A stretch of DNA of 64,000 nucleotides from Planctomycetota bacterium (GTDB lineage Bacteria; Planctomycetota; UBA1135; GCA-002748355): positions 10,891 through 74,890 of the forward strand of contig DROQ01000134.1 of assembly GCA_011321845.1 (NCBI GenBank), given 5' to 3'. The position numbers and the translations under genes are program-made. Below are positions 61,601 through 64,000 of this stretch, piece by piece. The notes under the pieces were generated by a model. The model had not been told where the DNA came from, did not search any database, and worked only from the letters and a program-made list of their open reading frames with translations. Each line of letters opens with the position of its first letter. Within the stretch, counting starts at the first letter, position 1.

Positions 61601-64000
61601 TCAGTTTCCGAGGGTGCTGAAGAAGCCGTTGCTCATCTCCCATGTGACGGAGGGGAGGATCACATACCAGGTCTGGAAGCCGACTTGGACACCCATGAGG
61701 GTGGCGTCGTTGGGGACCGGGAAGCTCTGGGCCCAATTTCCGGTGGCGGAAACGCCAAAGGTGGACAGGGGCATCCAGAAGGAGAGCAGGTTGATGTAGC
61801 TCACGCAGTTGGTGCCGAGGGCCACGAGGGGGATGGCATTGTTGTTGACCTGGACTCCCAGGAGTTGAACGCCGATGGCGCCTGGTTTGGCATTGTAGCC
61901 GCGGAGGTTCATCACGCTTCCGATGACCGGGTCGGTGCCGACCAGGGTCGGGTAGCGGGTCGCAGACGTGCTGCAGGGATGGCCGACGGGCTTGCCGTTG
62001 GCGCCGGGGAAGTATTTGAAGAGCTCGACGCCCTTGGTCGCGTGCGTTGCCCGCATCATGAGTTGACCATTGGAGAGGGTCATGTAGTTGGGAGCAGTGC
62101 TGGCGCTTCCGGGACGGACCTCGGGCACCATGACGGTGCCGGCCGTTGTTCCATTCGTCCTCCAGAGCTCGTTCCCGTTGGTGGGATTCGAGGCGGAGAA
62201 GAAGGCGTAGCGGGATCCCGTCCGGGTGAACCGGTAGGGATAGGAGGAACCGGAGCCGCTGGAGATGTCCTTCAGGATGCTGGTCCCGGCGGTCGTTCCA
62301 TCGGAGATCCAAGGCTCATAGCCGTTGGTCCCGTCATTCGCCCGGAAAAGAAGCTTGCCGTTCAAGGCCGTGAAATAGTTGGGGAAGGAGGAGGAGGAGC
62401 CACTGCGGATGTTTTTGACCAACATCGTTCCGGCGGCCGTGCCGTTGGAGACCCAAAGCTCGGTTCCGTTGGTTCCATCGTTCGCGGTGAAGAAGAGTTT
62501 GTTTCCAACCGTCGTGAGGTAGGTGGGGTAGGAACTGAGAGATCCGGAACGGATGTCCTTGACCATGGTCGTACCCGTGGAGGTTCCGTCAGTGACCCAG
62601 AGCTCGGTCCCGAAGCCTGTTTTATAGGCCCGGAAGTAGAGCTTGCCTCCCATGGCCGCGAAGGAATAGGGGCTGGAGCTTGCGGAGCCCGGGTTGATGT
62701 TGGCGACCATGGTGGTCCCCGCAGCCGTCCCGTCGGTGACCCAGAGCTCGGTTCCGTTGGTTCCGTCGTTGGCCGAGAAGTAGACCTTGCCCTTCCAGAA
62801 GTAGAAGTTGCTGGGATAGCTGCTGAAAGACCCAGACCGGATATCCTTGAGCATCATGGTTCCGGCCGTAGTGCCGTCGCTGATCCAAAGCTCGGATCCA
62901 TTGGTGCCGTCATAGGCGCTGAAGAGGAGCTTGTTGCCGAAAGCGAAGAGGTAGGAAGGATTGCTGCTTGCGGAGCCCGGGCGGATGTTTTTGACCATGG
63001 CCGTGCCGGCGGGGGTTCCGTTGGTGGCCCAAAGCTCGTAGCCATTGACTCCGTCATTGGCGCGGAAGAAGACCAGATTCCCCACCAGGGTCAGATTGCT
63101 GGGATACGAGCTGGAGGAGCCTGCCCGGATATCCTTGAGGAGGGCGGTTCCTGCCGCCGTTCCATTGGAGGCCCAGAGCTCGGTTCCATTGACCCCGTCG
63201 TTGGCGGTGAAGATCGTGCGGTTGAACTTGTCGGTCAGGTTGCTGGGATAGGAACTGGCGGTTCCGCCTGAAACGTTTGCCAGATCCTTCAGGAGGGTGG
63301 TTCCTGCGGCCGTGCCGTTGCTCACCCAGGGCTCGGTGCCGTGGGTTCCGTCATTGGCCCGGAAGTAGACCCTGCCAAAAGCGGCGAAGAGATAGTAGGG
63401 GGAGGAACTGAAGCTGCCGGGGCGAATGTCCTTGAGCAGGTTGGTCCCAGCGCTGGTCCCGTCGGTGATCCAAAGTTCGCTTCCATTCGTTCCGTTGTTC
63501 GCCGTAAAGAGTGCCTTGCTGGTCGAGATCGGGGTGATCCAATCCGGATAGGCGCTGGAGCCTCCGGACCAGATATCCTTGACCAGAGTGGTCCCGGCCG
63601 AGGTGCCGTCGCTGATCCAAAGCTCGTACCCACTGGTACCGTCGTTCGCCCGGAAGAGGAGCTTGGAGCCAAAGGCCGTGAGCCGGTAGGGGTAGGAACC
63701 GATGGATCCGCTGCGGATGTTCTTGACCAGAACCGTTCCCGCGCTGGTCCCGTCGGAGGTCCAGAGTTCGTCTCCATTGGTGCCATCGTTGGCCCGGAAG
63801 AAGATCTTGCTCCCGACGGTTACCAGGTAGCGGGGGTAGGAACTGGAGGACCCAGTGCGGATGTTCTTGATCATCACCGTTCCCGTGCTGGTCCCGTCGG
63901 TGGCCCAGAGTTCAGTACCATTGGTTCCGTCGTTGGCCGCAAAGTAGACCTTGGAACCCAGGACCGCCAGGTAGGAAGGATAGGAGCTGCCGGATCCTGC
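61601..64000 (-). CDS. Secreted ELWxxDGT repeat protein, paralog 4 (5' end lies beyond the window)
   Basis: The frame stays open past the track Met at 63877 to position 64000 (...GSGSSYPSYLAVLGSKVYFAANDGTNGTELWATDGTSTGTVMI...). Collinear with paralog 3. C-terminal module present. Confidence 0.9.
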   Translation of the reverse strand, partial: AGSGSSYPSYLAVLGSKVYFAANDGTNGTELWATDGTSTGTVMIKNIRTGSSSSYPRYLVTVGSKIFFRANDGTNGDELWTSDGTSAGTVLVKNIRSGSIGSYPYRLTAFGSKLLFRANDGTSGYELWISDGTSAGTTLVKDIWSGGSSAYPDWITPISTSKALFTANNGTNGSELWITDGTSAGTNLLKDIRPGSFSSSPYYLFAAFGRVYFRANDGTHGTEPWVSNGTAAGTTLLKDLANVSGGTASSYPSNLTDKFNRTIFTANDGVNGTELWASNGTAAGTALLKDIRAGSSSSYPSNLTLVGNLVFFRANDGVNGYELWATNGTPAGTAMVKNIRPGSASSNPSYLFAFGNKLLFSAYDGTNGSELWISDGTTAGTMMLKDIRSGSFSSYPSNFYFWKGKVYFSANDGTNGTELWVTDGTAAGTTMVANINPGSASSSPYSFAAMGGKLYFRAYKTGFGTELWVTDGTSTGTTMVKDIRSGSLSSYPTYLTTVGNKLFFTANDGTNGTELWVSNGTAAGTMLVKNIRSGSSSSFPNYFTALNGKLLFRANDGTNGYEPWISDGTTAGTSILKDISSGSGSSYPYRFTRTGSRYAFFSASNPTNGNELWRTNGTTAGTVMVPEVRPGSASTAPNYMTLSNGQLMMRATHATKGVELFKYFPGANGKPVGHPCSTSATRYPTLVGTDPVIGSVMNLRGYNAKPGAIGVQLLGVQVNNNAIPLVALGTNCVSYINLLSFWMPLSTFGVSATGNWAQSFPVPNDATLMGVQVGFQTWYVILPSVTWEMSNGFFSTLGN

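Noticed and set aside
50610-64000. Strong ~144-nt sequence periodicity, considered as a CRISPR array or noncoding tandem repeat
   Set aside because: The periodicity is the ~48-aa ELWxxDGT protein repeat, in one long open frame per gene. There is no short-repeat/unique-spacer organisation and no cas genes.

Overview
GC-rich bacterial chromosomal window. The gene content looks PVC/Planctomycetota-like (PSCyt1-type CxxCH domains, ELWxxDGT repeat proteins, many signal-peptide proteins), but taxonomy cannot be settled from this window. Many long ORFs in the track are GC-driven shadow frames, rich in Arg/Pro/Gly and antisense or out of frame to genes with clear family motifs. After discarding them I support about 40 CDS and one tRNA.

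Housekeeping anchors:
- tRNA-Arg(CCT)
- tdk
- leuS
- icd

Accessory content dominates the window:
1. An eight-gene, translationally coupled minus-strand operon (14.8-27.5 kb). It encodes nine signal-peptide amidohydrolase-fold modules, of which only one keeps the HxH metal motif. This is my best candidate for an undescribed system.
2. At least four tandem units of about 3.65 kb (50.6 kb to the window end). Each encodes a roughly 1035-aa secreted ELWxxDGT repeat protein with its own sigma70-like promoter and long leader; hairpin/T-run terminators are visible downstream of three of the four genes.
3. A roughly 135-aa C-terminal module with two conserved Cys. It is shared by the four ELWxxDGT proteins and by two otherwise unrelated secreted proteins.
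4. A GTGA-coupled membrane Ser/Thr kinase and pseudokinase pair.
5. GTAG-headed REP-like hairpin arrays forming long inverted repeats that bracket a DUF2752 gene, which is also flanked by C9 and G8 homopolymers.
6. A Cys-rich, zinc-ribbon-like insertion in icd next to the substrate/phospho-loop serine.
7. A 15-bp periodic dyad-repeat array in the leader of a B12-radical SAM gene.
8. An orphan RsbW-like kinase embedded in a secreted-protein/glycosyltransferase operon.

No CRISPR array, transposase, integrase or recognisable defence genes were seen. All domain calls come from reading motifs in the supplied translations. No database search was run.
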